Shown here: positions 45,670 to 55,170 of the stretch, piece by piece | Layout of the letters: each line of letters begins with the position of its first letter | Position numbering within the stretch: the first letter of the stretch is position 1 | IMG/VR virus record: IMGVR_UViG_3300017991_000001 | Coordinates: 124,001-188,000 of that record | Length of the DNA: 64,000 bases | Strand: one strand, 5' to 3' | The notes under the pieces: model-generated | The model's database searches: none | Told to the model about the DNA's origin: nothing | Seen by the model: only the letters and a program-made list of their open reading frames with translations | Position numbers and translations under genes: made by a program

Positions 45670-47195
45670 TGCCCGACTTCGTATCCAAGCGCAAGGAGGA
45701 CCGCAAGCGGCTCGTGAAGAGCCCCGGGCGTAAGCCTCTGTCCATCTCCCCGGTTGCGACGCCCCGAACCAAACAGTCAAAGCGAGGACCGCTGGCCACG
45801 CTGCGCAAGCTGGCCCGCGACTTCCGCAGCGGGATAAGTGCTCTACAGAGAATGGCTTATGAGAAAGCCGCGGTGTCCGGCAAGCAACGGCCGGCCGAGA
45901 AATCGTCAACCGTGGAACATAGGAAGTTCATAACCAGAGAACACGTAAAGGATTACACCCCGTCTGCAATGTCTGCCGCAGGACGGGAGCGCCTCTACCG
46001 GGCAAACGAGGCCTCGCGCCAGGCGCCTCGTCCGGTCACGCTGCCCGAGCAGCACACGTCCCGGTCGCCTCGTCCGGTCACGCTGCCCGAGCGGAACACG
46101 GTCAAATCGTCAAAAAAGACAGAGGGTCGTCGCACTGAGGTCGTACGTGAGCGTACGCAGCGCCTGCGTGACGATCGCAAGCCTGAACATCCGATAAGAC
46201 CACCCGCCATTTCACGCTCGTACAGGGCGTTTAAGCGGCCTTTACAGCGGCCTTCCGGTGCACGTGGAGAGGGCGCACGGCAGGGCGTCTTCGCATACGG
46301 ACGGCAGGGGATTGTGACCTCGGCCGACCGGGAGGCCGCTCAACAAGTGCACGAGCCCTACACGGGCGCGTTCCACCAACTGCCGGCAGCGGCCCGCGTG
46401 GCTCAGGTCATCCGGGCCGACGCGCTGATCAGAAGCGGAGAGGGAAAAGAGCACCCGACCATCCGCGCGCTGGCCCAGGCCGCGCGTGAGGGGCGCAAGC
46501 GCTACGTCGCGGACGCCGATCCGGTTCACTTGCAGCAGGCATTCAACGAGGCGTTCGGCGGGGCCACACGAGCCGAACAAGTTCTTAGCACACCTGTGAT
46601 TCACAACATGGTCGAACGACACCGTTTTGCGGTAGAATCAGTACAGCGTCGCCTTGAAACCATATCGCGGCGCGAAGCACCCGGCAGGGTGCCGAACACG
46701 GGCTCCGGGACAGTTTCTGTGCGGCGGGGGCGCGGTTCAGGTGTACGTCGGTCGGCCTCCCCCCCACGATTGGCGTCACCTTCCGCGTCCTCGCTCCATC
46801 ATACACCAGGCGGGGATGAAAGAACACACGTGCACGAACTTCGTGCACAACTCTCACACAACGACTTCGGACACCTTCCCTCCGCGGCCGACCAGGCCGA
46901 GCGGGAGGAACGCCTAAGGTCAACATCTCCATCCATATATGCGAGCAAGCAGGTTCGGACAGCGGAAACCAAGAAGTCCGACCGGCGCGTGACGCCGCCG
47001 CAGATGCCGCAGTCAGAGAGCGGCAGGCCGTCGATGCCGGCACCCACGCGGGTCTCGAAAGCGCCCGCCTCGGCGAACCAGCAGCGCAGTCAGGACGCCA
47101 AGCCAAAGCAGAACAAGTTCACGGGCGAGTTGCGCATGGTCTCTTCCACCGGCAAGGACATCGGCCGGGCGGAAGTCGAGATGAAGGGAGGTTGA
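45669..47195 (+). CDS. Arg/Ser-rich protein at the usual tape-measure position
   Basis: TGATG coupling; atypical codon usage; internal 27-bp direct repeat. Confidence 0.5.
   Translation: MPDFVSKRKEDRKRLVKSPGRKPLSISPVATPRTKQSKRGPLATLRKLARDFRSGISALQRMAYEKAAVSGKQRPAEKSSTVEHRKFITREHVKDYTPSAMSAAGRERLYRANEASRQAPRPVTLPEQHTSRSPRPVTLPERNTVKSSKKTEGRRTEVVRERTQRLRDDRKPEHPIRPPAISRSYRAFKRPLQRPSGARGEGARQGVFAYGRQGIVTSADREAAQQVHEPYTGAFHQLPAAARVAQVIRADALIRSGEGKEHPTIRALAQAAREGRKRYVADADPVHLQQAFNEAFGGATRAEQVLSTPVIHNMVERHRFAVESVQRRLETISRREAPGRVPNTGSGTVSVRRGRGSGVRRSASPPRLASPSASSLHHTPGGDERTHVHELRAQLSHNDFGHLPSAADQAEREERLRSTSPSIYASKQVRTAETKKSDRRVTPPQMPQSESGRPSMPAPTRVSKAPASANQQRSQDAKPKQNKFTGELRMVSSTGKDIGRAEVEMKGG
46024..46092 (+). 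repeat. 27-bp direct repeat encoding PRPVTLPE twice
   Basis: CGCCTCGTCCGGTCACGCTGCCCGAGC at 46024-46050 and 46066-46092. Confidence 0.9.
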
Positions 47196-47196
47196 G

Positions 47197-47649
47197 GTGG
47201 CCGACATCTTCAACTCCCGACCGGGCGTGGTGCAGGTGATCGAGGCCGAGCAGGCCATCCCGGCGCGCCTCCGCATAGGCGGCTTCGACCCCAAGGCGGT
47301 ACTGGTCAGCGGCGTCGACTACACCCAGCGCACGAACCAGCAGTTCCAGTACTCGCTGGACCGCAACGTGTACATCTACGTGTTCGGCGACCTGATGGGC
47401 ACGCTGATGGTCAGCGGGTTGGCCTTCCCCGAAACCTGCGCGGGCGAGGACGGGATCGTCGAGATCCTGGAGTTCTACCGGCAGGGGCGGGCGGCCATCA
47501 ACCCGGCCACGGTCAACGTGGCCATCGGTAACGAGCTGATCGTGGGCTTCATGACGGAGGTCAGGCTGCGGGCCATGACCGGCGGGTACGACGCCGTCGC
47601 ACCCACGGAGGAGTTTCACATCGGAATCAACGCGCTGCCGAGGGAATGA
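47197..47649 (+). CDS. Tube-like/baseplate protein
   Basis: RBS GGAGG; YTQRTNQQFQYSL...YVFGD...VSG resembles the tube protein pattern. Confidence 0.5.
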   Translation: MADIFNSRPGVVQVIEAEQAIPARLRIGGFDPKAVLVSGVDYTQRTNQQFQYSLDRNVYIYVFGDLMGTLMVSGLAFPETCAGEDGIVEILEFYRQGRAAINPATVNVAIGNELIVGFMTEVRLRAMTGGYDAVAPTEEFHIGINALPRE

Positions 47650-48434
47650 TGATCAACCACGCCAGAACCCTCCTGCTGAACCGCAGCGGTGCGTCGCGCC
47701 CCCCGGCGGACTTCTTTCTCGAGGAGTACGTCTCGCCCGACTTCGCCCGGTTGGAGCTGCCGGACTACCTGCAGACGCTGCATCACGCGCTGGTGGGCGA
47801 GAACGCGGACGACGCCTGGGCCAACTTCAGGATGCGGCAGTACACCACGCTCCTGCACGCGACCGAGTTCGCCTCTTATGTGCTGGATCTGGACAGCCGC
47901 GTAACCTACCTGCGTGAGAACTCCACCCTGGACGACATCGAGACGCGTACGGCGGTGCCGCTGAACGGCCTGGCCGGCACAGCCTATATTTTGGGCACGC
48001 TGGAGCCTTCATCCGGGCAACCGCGCCTGCTATATGAGTGGACCGTGGAGATGGTCATGCCCCTGCTGGCCCGCTCCAAGGACCTGCGCACGGGCACCAT
48101 CCAGGACACGGTGATCACCGTGGCCGACAGCCTGAGCAGCGCTATCGCGCTGGCCGGGCAACAGGACCTGAACGTCAAGGTGGAGGACCCCGTGCAGAAC
48201 GCGGCCTGGAAGGTGTCGGTCTTCGCGGAGCCGCCGAGCGACCTGAGCGCGCTGATGGACACCCTCAAGCAGACGGGCGGCGCCACACTGGGCCGGCTGT
48301 TCGCGGGGGCGAGCCCGTACGACACGTTCAAGGAGCTGTGGGAGCGGCACCCCTTTCTGTCCTATCAACTCAGCGGCCTCCTGTTGGCCTTCATCTACCG
48401 CGCGGAGGGCGCGAGGGTTGGCGATACGGCTTGA
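47646..48434 (+). CDS. Putative tail/baseplate protein
   Basis: Coupled ORF within the tail module. Confidence 0.5.
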   Translation: MMINHARTLLLNRSGASRPPADFFLEEYVSPDFARLELPDYLQTLHHALVGENADDAWANFRMRQYTTLLHATEFASYVLDLDSRVTYLRENSTLDDIETRTAVPLNGLAGTAYILGTLEPSSGQPRLLYEWTVEMVMPLLARSKDLRTGTIQDTVITVADSLSSAIALAGQQDLNVKVEDPVQNAAWKVSVFAEPPSDLSALMDTLKQTGGATLGRLFAGASPYDTFKELWERHPFLSYQLSGLLLAFIYRAEGARVGDTA

Positions 48435-50070
48435 AAACTTCTACCGCGTCGATGTGCAGGTGCGGGCCGAGATCGGCGGGCAATCCGTGCCCGTGAACAG
48501 CGTCTCCGTGCGCTACTCGATCGACCGTATACCGGAAGCCGCTATTACCATACCAGTGGGCCGCTCAGCGCGCGGGGACGCCGTACACGTGGGTGCGGGT
48601 GTTTTCGGCACGCTGCCTCCCTTTACGTCCATGCGTATCTACGCGCTTGCTGAGGCGACGCCCGCCGGTCGCGACGCTCCGCGAAAAGGAGGATTGCCGC
48701 AAGGGGAGTTCCTTCTGTTCGATGGGTACGTGTCCGCGCCGTCCATGCATCTCGATGTTTCAGGCGGCATGGGCAGTGCCACGCTCCGTGTACAAGGTTT
48801 TGGAAGGCTGGGCGGCTTGGCTGGAGCAACCACGCTGGGCGTGGGCGTGACCTTGAACAAGCCTCCGGGCGGTACGGACGTGTTTATGAGTAGTTTTGGT
48901 CAGAACGAGAAGAACAACCACCTGACGATTACTGACCAGCTCATGAAGAAGGGGTATTACAGAGACATCGGTGAAGCCGTTTTGGAACTGTTTGACGACG
49001 CGCTGAACGTGACCAGCGTTTGGGCCCACGATCAGCCGGGTTCGGCCAACGCTGGAGCTGCCGCGGACCGTGCCCACGCGAGTCTGGTGTCGGGCGCCAG
49101 CTTCGACCTGCTCAAGCGCGCGTCTCAGGTCAATCAGCAGGCGTTCGGACGCATGGTGGCGGAAACATTAGCGAATGTTTTCTGGGGCGTGTGGTCGGGC
49201 GTCGACAAAGCTGGAAACTTCTCGCCCAGCGCGGGCGGCGATTTGTGGGAAGTGATGCAGAAGCTCCAAGGCGTTTTCTACTTCCACGTCGTACCCACGG
49301 CGGCCACGGATTACATGGCGCCGATTACCCCCAACCTTGGCGGCGACCCGAACAACCTCTTCCCGGCCGGTGAATATTCCATCATAGGCGGGGGTGAGGA
49401 TTTCTTTGAAGGAGGGGGCGCCCGTTACATGTACGCCTATATCACACAGGTGGGTTTGGCGGCGTCGAGTTTCCAATCCTCTCCGTGGAATGACGGTTCG
49501 TCGGTAACCGGGCGCGTAGGGTACGCGAACTTGTCGTTGGGCGATGAAGACTTCGTGTTGGACGGTGGGCGCATCTTCATGTGCGGTTCACCGCCGTGGC
49601 TCATACCTGCCGGTTCACAAGCCAAGGACACACTGAATCCGTTCAAGGGCATCAGCGACGCGGCAGGTTCCGGCGGTTGGTTTAGCAGTGGCAAGCGGGC
49701 GTCGGAAATCGCCATGTTCGGTTCAACGCTGGGTGACCGTGTCGCCAGAACCATCCTGCATGAGCTGGTCTTTGAGCACCGTAAGCTTGCCGTTGCCGGC
49801 CGCCTGCGCACGGACGTGGCACCCGGCAACATCGTACGAGTTACGCTGCCCGCGGAAGGGTTCATCGGTCAACCCGGTGACAACCTGTATGGGATGGCAA
49901 GCGATGTTATCCTGAGGATTATGACTCAGGAAGGCGGCAGTTTGGCGCGAACGGAGGTGGGCATTTCGCACCTGCGCACCGAAAGCGAGCACGAACGCCT
50001 CACGTTGGACGAACACCCCGTATACGGGGAGACTTGGTCGGGCGTGCCGTTAGTCGTGGAGGAGAGCTGA
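48418..50070 (+). CDS. Baseplate hub-like protein
   Basis: N-terminal VNSVSVRYSIDRIPEAAI...LLFDGYV and C-terminal LRTDVAPG..VRV hub-like pattern; atypical codon usage. Confidence 0.5.
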   Translation: MAIRLENFYRVDVQVRAEIGGQSVPVNSVSVRYSIDRIPEAAITIPVGRSARGDAVHVGAGVFGTLPPFTSMRIYALAEATPAGRDAPRKGGLPQGEFLLFDGYVSAPSMHLDVSGGMGSATLRVQGFGRLGGLAGATTLGVGVTLNKPPGGTDVFMSSFGQNEKNNHLTITDQLMKKGYYRDIGEAVLELFDDALNVTSVWAHDQPGSANAGAAADRAHASLVSGASFDLLKRASQVNQQAFGRMVAETLANVFWGVWSGVDKAGNFSPSAGGDLWEVMQKLQGVFYFHVVPTAATDYMAPITPNLGGDPNNLFPAGEYSIIGGGEDFFEGGGARYMYAYITQVGLAASSFQSSPWNDGSSVTGRVGYANLSLGDEDFVLDGGRIFMCGSPPWLIPAGSQAKDTLNPFKGISDAAGSGGWFSSGKRASEIAMFGSTLGDRVARTILHELVFEHRKLAVAGRLRTDVAPGNIVRVTLPAEGFIGQPGDNLYGMASDVILRIMTQEGGSLARTEVGISHLRTESEHERLTLDEHPVYGETWSGVPLVVEES

Positions 50071-50768
50071 TGGACAAGGAATATGAGATCTGGAAGGGCA
50101 AGCCCAGCGACGCGAACTTCGACGCGGTGCTGAAGAAGGCCGACCCCGTCATCAACTCGGCGCTGCAGTCTTACGCTGGCGGGGACAAAGGGCTGCATTC
50201 CAGGGCGAAACTGCTGGCCGCGCGGGCGATCAAGAGCTACGACGCGACCAAGGGGACCAAGCTGCGCACCCACCTGATGACCCAGCTGCAGCCGCTCTCC
50301 CGTACGCACCGCGAGCGCACCCAGGTCGTGCGCGTGCCCGAGCGCGTCACCGCGGACCTCTACAAGATGAGGCAGGAGGAACAGCGCTTCAAGGATCAGT
50401 TCGGCCGCTCGGCCTCCGACAGCGAGCTGTCCTCGGCGACGGGCCTCTCCCGCAAGCGGCTCATGCATGTGCGCAAGTTCGCCCGGGGAGAGATGGCCGA
50501 GTCGGGCCTGGTGGGGGACGAGGGCGAGATCCTGTACCCCGGCGTGTCCAAGCCGGACCCCGAGCAGGTGCTGATCGAGTACGTCCACCACGACCTGGAC
50601 CCGATCGACCAGACCATCCTGGAGCATCGCTCCGGCCTGTACGGGAAGCCCGTTTTGAGCAACAATGATATCGCGGCGCGGTTAAGATTATCGCCGGGCG
50701 CCGTATCGCAGCGGGCGGCGAAGATCGCCAAGCGGATCAGCGAGTTGCGTGACCAGGGGGTCGCCTGA
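50070..50768 (+). CDS. Sigma70-family RNA polymerase sigma factor
   Basis: Region 2 AARAIKSYDATKGTKLRTHL; region 3 VRVPER...FGRSASDSELSSATGLS; region 4 HTH SNNDIAARLRLSPGAVSQR. Confidence 0.85.
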   Translation: MDKEYEIWKGKPSDANFDAVLKKADPVINSALQSYAGGDKGLHSRAKLLAARAIKSYDATKGTKLRTHLMTQLQPLSRTHRERTQVVRVPERVTADLYKMRQEEQRFKDQFGRSASDSELSSATGLSRKRLMHVRKFARGEMAESGLVGDEGEILYPGVSKPDPEQVLIEYVHHDLDPIDQTILEHRSGLYGKPVLSNNDIAARLRLSPGAVSQRAAKIAKRISELRDQGVA

Positions 50769-51205
50769 TGGCCATCGACAACCAGTTCGAGGACCTCGTC
50801 AACGCCCTGATCAGCGCGCAGAGCGCGGTGTCCGACGGCACGCGGGACGGCGGCCAGCGCAGGTGGATGGACTACCTGGAGATCAAGGAGGCCGGCCAGT
50901 TCGATCTCGATGCCATCGCGGAGATCTTCTCACGGGCCGGCTTGAACGACACCTTCAGCAAGCTGATGGGCACGGACGGGGCGCGCGTGAAGGAGTTCCA
51001 CGCGTCCAAGCTGTCCAACGACTTCATGGCCGGGATGGAGCGCGACCACGTGGCCCGCGTGCGCTCACGCGTCGCCACGATCATGCACGGCGCCTCCCGG
51101 TCCCGGGCGAACGGCAAGTCCACGGGCCCGCTGCGGCGCAACACCATTGACTTCATCACCCGCGTGGTGGACGAGGATGACGCCACGGCCAGGGCGGAGA
51201 GCTGA
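50768..51205 (+). CDS. Hypothetical protein
   Basis: TGATG-coupled ORF with typical codon usage. Confidence 0.6.
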   Translation: MAIDNQFEDLVNALISAQSAVSDGTRDGGQRRWMDYLEIKEAGQFDLDAIAEIFSRAGLNDTFSKLMGTDGARVKEFHASKLSNDFMAGMERDHVARVRSRVATIMHGASRSRANGKSTGPLRRNTIDFITRVVDEDDATARAES

Positions 51206-51207
51206 GC

Positions 51208-51678
51208 ATGGCCAGCACGAACTACACGGGACGGACGGTGGACCTGTTCATCTTCCAGGGGGCGCTGCCCGCCGGGGAGCAGCTGATCGAGACGGGCTTC
51301 GGCACTGCGGGCGAGGTCATCACCGGCATCCAGAAACTCGTGCAGTCGTTCACGACACTGTTCCTGACACGCATCGGCACCGTGAAGTACAACGCCTCGC
51401 TGGGCTCGGGTTTCATCGCGGCCATCCAACGCGGGCGCATCCGCGACGAGTCGGGCGCGCGCACGGAGTTCGCGCTGGCCGCCGAGGACGTGCGCAAGAT
51501 TCTGGCCGAAGATGCGGAGGCCAACAACCCGCCGGACGACGAGACGTATGCGGGCGCGGACCTGGAGAGTCTTGAATTAAACAGGGCTGAATCGTTGCTC
51601 GTGTTGAAGGTTCGCGTAAACTCCGTAGCGGGCGAGAGTCGTGAAGTTTTCCTCCCCGTGCCCCTGGCGATCAGGTAA
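51208..51678 (+). CDS. Baseplate wedge protein, gp25-like
   Basis: TGIQKLVQSFTTLFLTRIGTVKYNASLGS; size and position before baseplate J. Confidence 0.7.
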   Translation: MASTNYTGRTVDLFIFQGALPAGEQLIETGFGTAGEVITGIQKLVQSFTTLFLTRIGTVKYNASLGSGFIAAIQRGRIRDESGARTEFALAAEDVRKILAEDAEANNPPDDETYAGADLESLELNRAESLLVLKVRVNSVAGESREVFLPVPLAIR

Positions 51679-51747
51679 AACGATCGCGCGGGCGCGTTAC
51701 CATCTCCTAAGGCCGGCTTCATAGCCCCCGGCCGGAAAGGAGACACG

Positions 51748-52017
51748 ATGGGAGAGAAAGAAAAGGACCCCTTGTGGTACAGGGTGTTCCTGAAACTGGC
51801 CATACTCGCGGCCATCGCGGCGTTCCTGTACGGTTTCGTGGACGGATGGGTGTCCGCACGGGCCGAACGGCGTGAGAAGGTCATGGAGAGGATCAGGGAG
51901 GAGAACGAGCTGCGGCGCATGGAGTCCGAGCTGATGCGTCCACGCATGGGGCAGCTTCCACCCCCGCCTCCGCCCGCGTCCCCTCCGCCCGACAAGAAGG
52001 ATCAGTGGATCTTCTAG
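51748..52017 (+). CDS. Small single-pass membrane protein with Pro-rich tail
   Basis: RBS AAGGAG; VFLKLAILAAIAAFLYGFV; PPPPPPASPPP. Confidence 0.7.
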   Translation: MGEKEKDPLWYRVFLKLAILAAIAAFLYGFVDGWVSARAERREKVMERIREENELRRMESELMRPRMGQLPPPPPPASPPPDKKDQWIF

Positions 52018-52036
52018 GCCCGAGAGGGCTGGGCCC

Positions 52037-52062
52037 GGAAGGGCGCCCCCGGGCGCTTTTCC
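52037..52062 (+). terminator. Probable intrinsic terminator
   Basis: GGAAGGGCGCCC-cc-GGGCGCTTTTCC hairpin with T run. Confidence 0.55.
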
Positions 52063-52081
52063 ATAGCTATCAGGCAGAGCC

Positions 52082-53731
52082 ATGTCCAGCGACTTGACAA
52101 TCAACGACCTCGATTCGGACGACGTCCAACAGGCGGAAGGCTTCCTGGTGGACTTCCTGGCCACGGAGTACCCGAGCCTGGACCTGACGGCCGGCAAGGT
52201 TCTGCGTGATCTTCTGATCCGCCCGAACGCGATCTTCCACTCGCTCAACCAGGAGGACATCGACCGGCTGCGCAGGTCCATGAGCCTAAAAGCCATCGAG
52301 GAGGACCCCACCCTGGCCGACGACGACATCGTCGACGGGGTGCTCTCCAACTACCGCGTGGAGCGCGGCGAGGGCACCAAGGCCGAGGGGCAGGTCACCA
52401 TCATCGTCGCCACGTTCACGACGACCACCGTCAGCGTGGGCACGGTCTTCACGGCCAACGGCGTCAACTTCGTCACCACCCAGACCTACAGCGGCGTGAC
52501 GACGGCCGACGCCGTGGTCTCGGACCAGCAGAAGGAGATCCAGCCCAGGAGCGACGGCACGTACGGTTTCACGATCCCCGTGGAGGCCGAGGAGGTGGGC
52601 GCCGTGGAGGTGCGGCGCAGCACGCGCTTCGCCGTGGTGCCCGAACCGGCGGGCCTGGTGGACGCCGTCGCGGCGGAGGACTTCTCGGGCGGCTCGGACA
52701 CCGAGACCAACTCGGAGCTGATCGAGCGGTTCAAACTGGGGATCTCCCCGTCCACGTTCGCCGGCCGCGTGCACATCCAGTCGCTGCTGCGGGAGGAGGT
52801 CCCGAACCTGCAGGCCAGTTCCATCACCGGCTTCGGCGACCCCGAGATGCTGCGGGACCGCCACAACATCTTCGCCGTGTCGCAGGGCGGCAAGGCCGAC
52901 ATCTGGGCCCGGACGGGCACGCTGCCCACCACCCGCACGCTGACCAAGACGGCCACCCTGATCGACGCGGACAGCAAGACGTGGCAGGTTTCGATCCTGC
53001 GGGACGACGCGCCGGGCTTCTACACCGTGCCGTTCATCCTCCCGGAAGGGGCCGGCACGGACGAGAACACCTTTGAGATCACCGCGGAGACGCGGGGGAT
53101 GGACCTGACCGCCGAGACGGGGGCGTTCGTGCCGGACGTGGACGACCTCGTCGAGGGCGGCTACTCGCGGTACCAGACGGCGGTGCTGCAGTTCGTCGAC
53201 CCGGACACGGACACCTCGGGCCTGACCGAGCACGAGTCCACCCAGACGGTCCAGGTGGGCGTGCTGGCGTTGCCCGACATCGACACGCTGCAGGCCCTGT
53301 CCAACGACCGGGACCGCCGCAACCCGCAGGCCGACTACCTGGTCAAGGCGCCGGTGCCGGCCTTCGTGGCGATCACGCTGACGGTCCAGTACAAGACCGA
53401 CACCGAGGCGCCGGACGCCGACGCGATCAAGGAGTCGATCGCCGGCCGGGTCAACGACCTGGGCTTCGAGGTGGGCAAGCTGCCCTCCAGCATGGTCTAC
53501 GACGCCGTACACAATGCCACTTCCGAGCTGGACGCGCTGGTGGTCGCGCCCATCGACATGTTCTGCCAGATCCGCAGGCCCGACGGGACCGTCGTCTCCA
53601 TCCGCGACGGGAACGAGATCAGGATTCCCGACGAGCCGGAGCTGGGCGTGACCTCCCGCACGACGATGTTCTACGTGGACGTGAGCGACATTGACGTGAC
53701 CGTCGAACCGCTGCCGGTGCTGCCGGCGTGA
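52082..53731 (+). CDS. Baseplate J/gp6-like wedge protein
   Basis: GTKAEGQVTI...GTVF...FVTT, IPVEAEEVG, FSGGSDTETNSELIERF. Confidence 0.8.
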   Translation: MSSDLTINDLDSDDVQQAEGFLVDFLATEYPSLDLTAGKVLRDLLIRPNAIFHSLNQEDIDRLRRSMSLKAIEEDPTLADDDIVDGVLSNYRVERGEGTKAEGQVTIIVATFTTTTVSVGTVFTANGVNFVTTQTYSGVTTADAVVSDQQKEIQPRSDGTYGFTIPVEAEEVGAVEVRRSTRFAVVPEPAGLVDAVAAEDFSGGSDTETNSELIERFKLGISPSTFAGRVHIQSLLREEVPNLQASSITGFGDPEMLRDRHNIFAVSQGGKADIWARTGTLPTTRTLTKTATLIDADSKTWQVSILRDDAPGFYTVPFILPEGAGTDENTFEITAETRGMDLTAETGAFVPDVDDLVEGGYSRYQTAVLQFVDPDTDTSGLTEHESTQTVQVGVLALPDIDTLQALSNDRDRRNPQADYLVKAPVPAFVAITLTVQYKTDTEAPDADAIKESIAGRVNDLGFEVGKLPSSMVYDAVHNATSELDALVVAPIDMFCQIRRPDGTVVSIRDGNEIRIPDEPELGVTSRTTMFYVDVSDIDVTVEPLPVLPA

Positions 53732-53738
53732 GGATGCC

Positions 53739-54548
53739 ATGAACGCGAAAGCTTATCTCATCAAGCAGGCCGTCGAACCCATCGAGCTCCTCATGGGCGG
53801 CGGCACGTTGGGAGGTGGCTACCTGGCCGGCGAGTTGGCCGACGCGGGCGCGAACACGATGCTGAGCGACGTGGTGGCCCGTCAGATCGAGCGGTCCGCC
53901 GGCAAGATGTCGCCCAAGGAGCGGCGTGCCATACAAAAGGGCATTGGCGGGGTGAAGAAGGTACCCGTGCATGTCGTGGGCCCGAAAAAGCTTCACCACG
54001 GCAGCGAATACTTCGCGGCCGTGCCCGGCAAAAAGGGTATCGGCGAGGTGGTGATAACGAAACGCACGCCCGACTTCGTGTTGGCCCACGAGTTGGGGCA
54101 CGCGAAGGTAAAGCCTACGTTCTTCAGCAAACGGATGTCGCGGTTGGAAGGATTATCCGAACGCCACGGCAAGATGTTGGGCGGCGGGGCCGGCGCGCTG
54201 TGGGCGGCACTCAGTGCCGACCCGGAAGAGAGCGCGCTGCGCACGGGCGTGGAAAGCGGCCTCAAGGGCGCGCTGACCGGCGTGGCGTCGCACGCGCCCA
54301 TCCTCGCACACGAGGGGGCCGCATCGTTCCATGGCCTGCGCGGCATGGCTCGCGCGGGTGTGCCGTGGCGCAGCATGGCCCGTTCGGTACCCGGACTGGC
54401 CGCCCTGTTCGGCACGTACCTGGCTTCGGCCGCCCTACCTTCGGCGGGTGTCGCGGCCGGCGCGGGCCTGATCGCGCGCGAGGTCAAGAAGCGGCAGCTC
54501 AAGAGGGAGCTGCGCAAGGCTCGGCGGGAGGGCAAGCTTGGACGCTAA
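53739..54548 (+). CDS. Membrane zincin-like metallopeptidase with AYLIKQA leader
   Basis: MNAKAYLIKQA; VLAHELGH, Gly-rich helices, ILAHEGAAS. Confidence 0.7.
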   Translation: MNAKAYLIKQAVEPIELLMGGGTLGGGYLAGELADAGANTMLSDVVARQIERSAGKMSPKERRAIQKGIGGVKKVPVHVVGPKKLHHGSEYFAAVPGKKGIGEVVITKRTPDFVLAHELGHAKVKPTFFSKRMSRLEGLSERHGKMLGGGAGALWAALSADPEESALRTGVESGLKGALTGVASHAPILAHEGAASFHGLRGMARAGVPWRSMARSVPGLAALFGTYLASAALPSAGVAAGAGLIAREVKKRQLKRELRKARREGKLGR

Positions 54549-55170
54549 AGCCTACCTGATCAAGCAGGCCACGACGGTCGGTCGCCTGGCACGCATCGCC
54601 AAGCGGCATGGCATACCACTGGTCGGCGACTGGCGCTACGCGGCCAAGCTGCTGGGTCGGCAGGCCACGCCCAAGGGCAAGGCGCATTACCGGCGCGCGG
54701 CCGGCCTGATCGAGCCGGGCGAACGAAAGATCCTGCGCCGCCTACAGGCGAAGACCAAGGACCCCTTGGCAGAGCTCGGCGTGCAGCGCCTGCCGGGGGA
54801 GCGCCGGCTCGGGGTCATGGGAGATCGTACCGGCTTGGAGGTGACTGAGGGTGCCGTGCGTACGGTTCATACACACCCGGAAGCAGTGGAAAAGGTATTG
54901 GGGGTGGACCTTCCGCCTTTCAGGAGGAACCGGCTGGGGCAGGTGTTCCCCTCGAGCGGGCTGGACTACCGTTACAAGAAGTTCATGCCCAAGACGATTA
55001 GGGAAGCCATAGCGGACCTAAAGAAGGGACCCTACTTCTTCAAGCACGACCTGGGTGATCTGGAAGATAACTTAGGACTGACCCACGCCATCCTGGACCC
55101 GAGCACGGGCGTGCAGTCGGTGATAAAAGGTGGTCGGGGTAAGCTGAGAAGGCTGTTCTTCAAGGAGTGA
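54538..55170 (+). CDS. Protein with AYLIKQA leader and possible JAB/MPN-like motif
   Basis: TTG start, MDAKAYLIKQATT; TVHTHP...FPSSGLD. Confidence 0.6.
   Translation: MDAKAYLIKQATTVGRLARIAKRHGIPLVGDWRYAAKLLGRQATPKGKAHYRRAAGLIEPGERKILRRLQAKTKDPLAELGVQRLPGERRLGVMGDRTGLEVTEGAVRTVHTHPEAVEKVLGVDLPPFRRNRLGQVFPSSGLDYRYKKFMPKTIREAIADLKKGPYFFKHDLGDLEDNLGLTHAILDPSTGVQSVIKGGRGKLRRLFFKE

Noticed and set aside
45669-47195. Firm tape-measure call
   Set aside because: Position fits, but the protein is short, Arg/Ser/Pro-rich and lacks the usual Ala/Gly helical repeats
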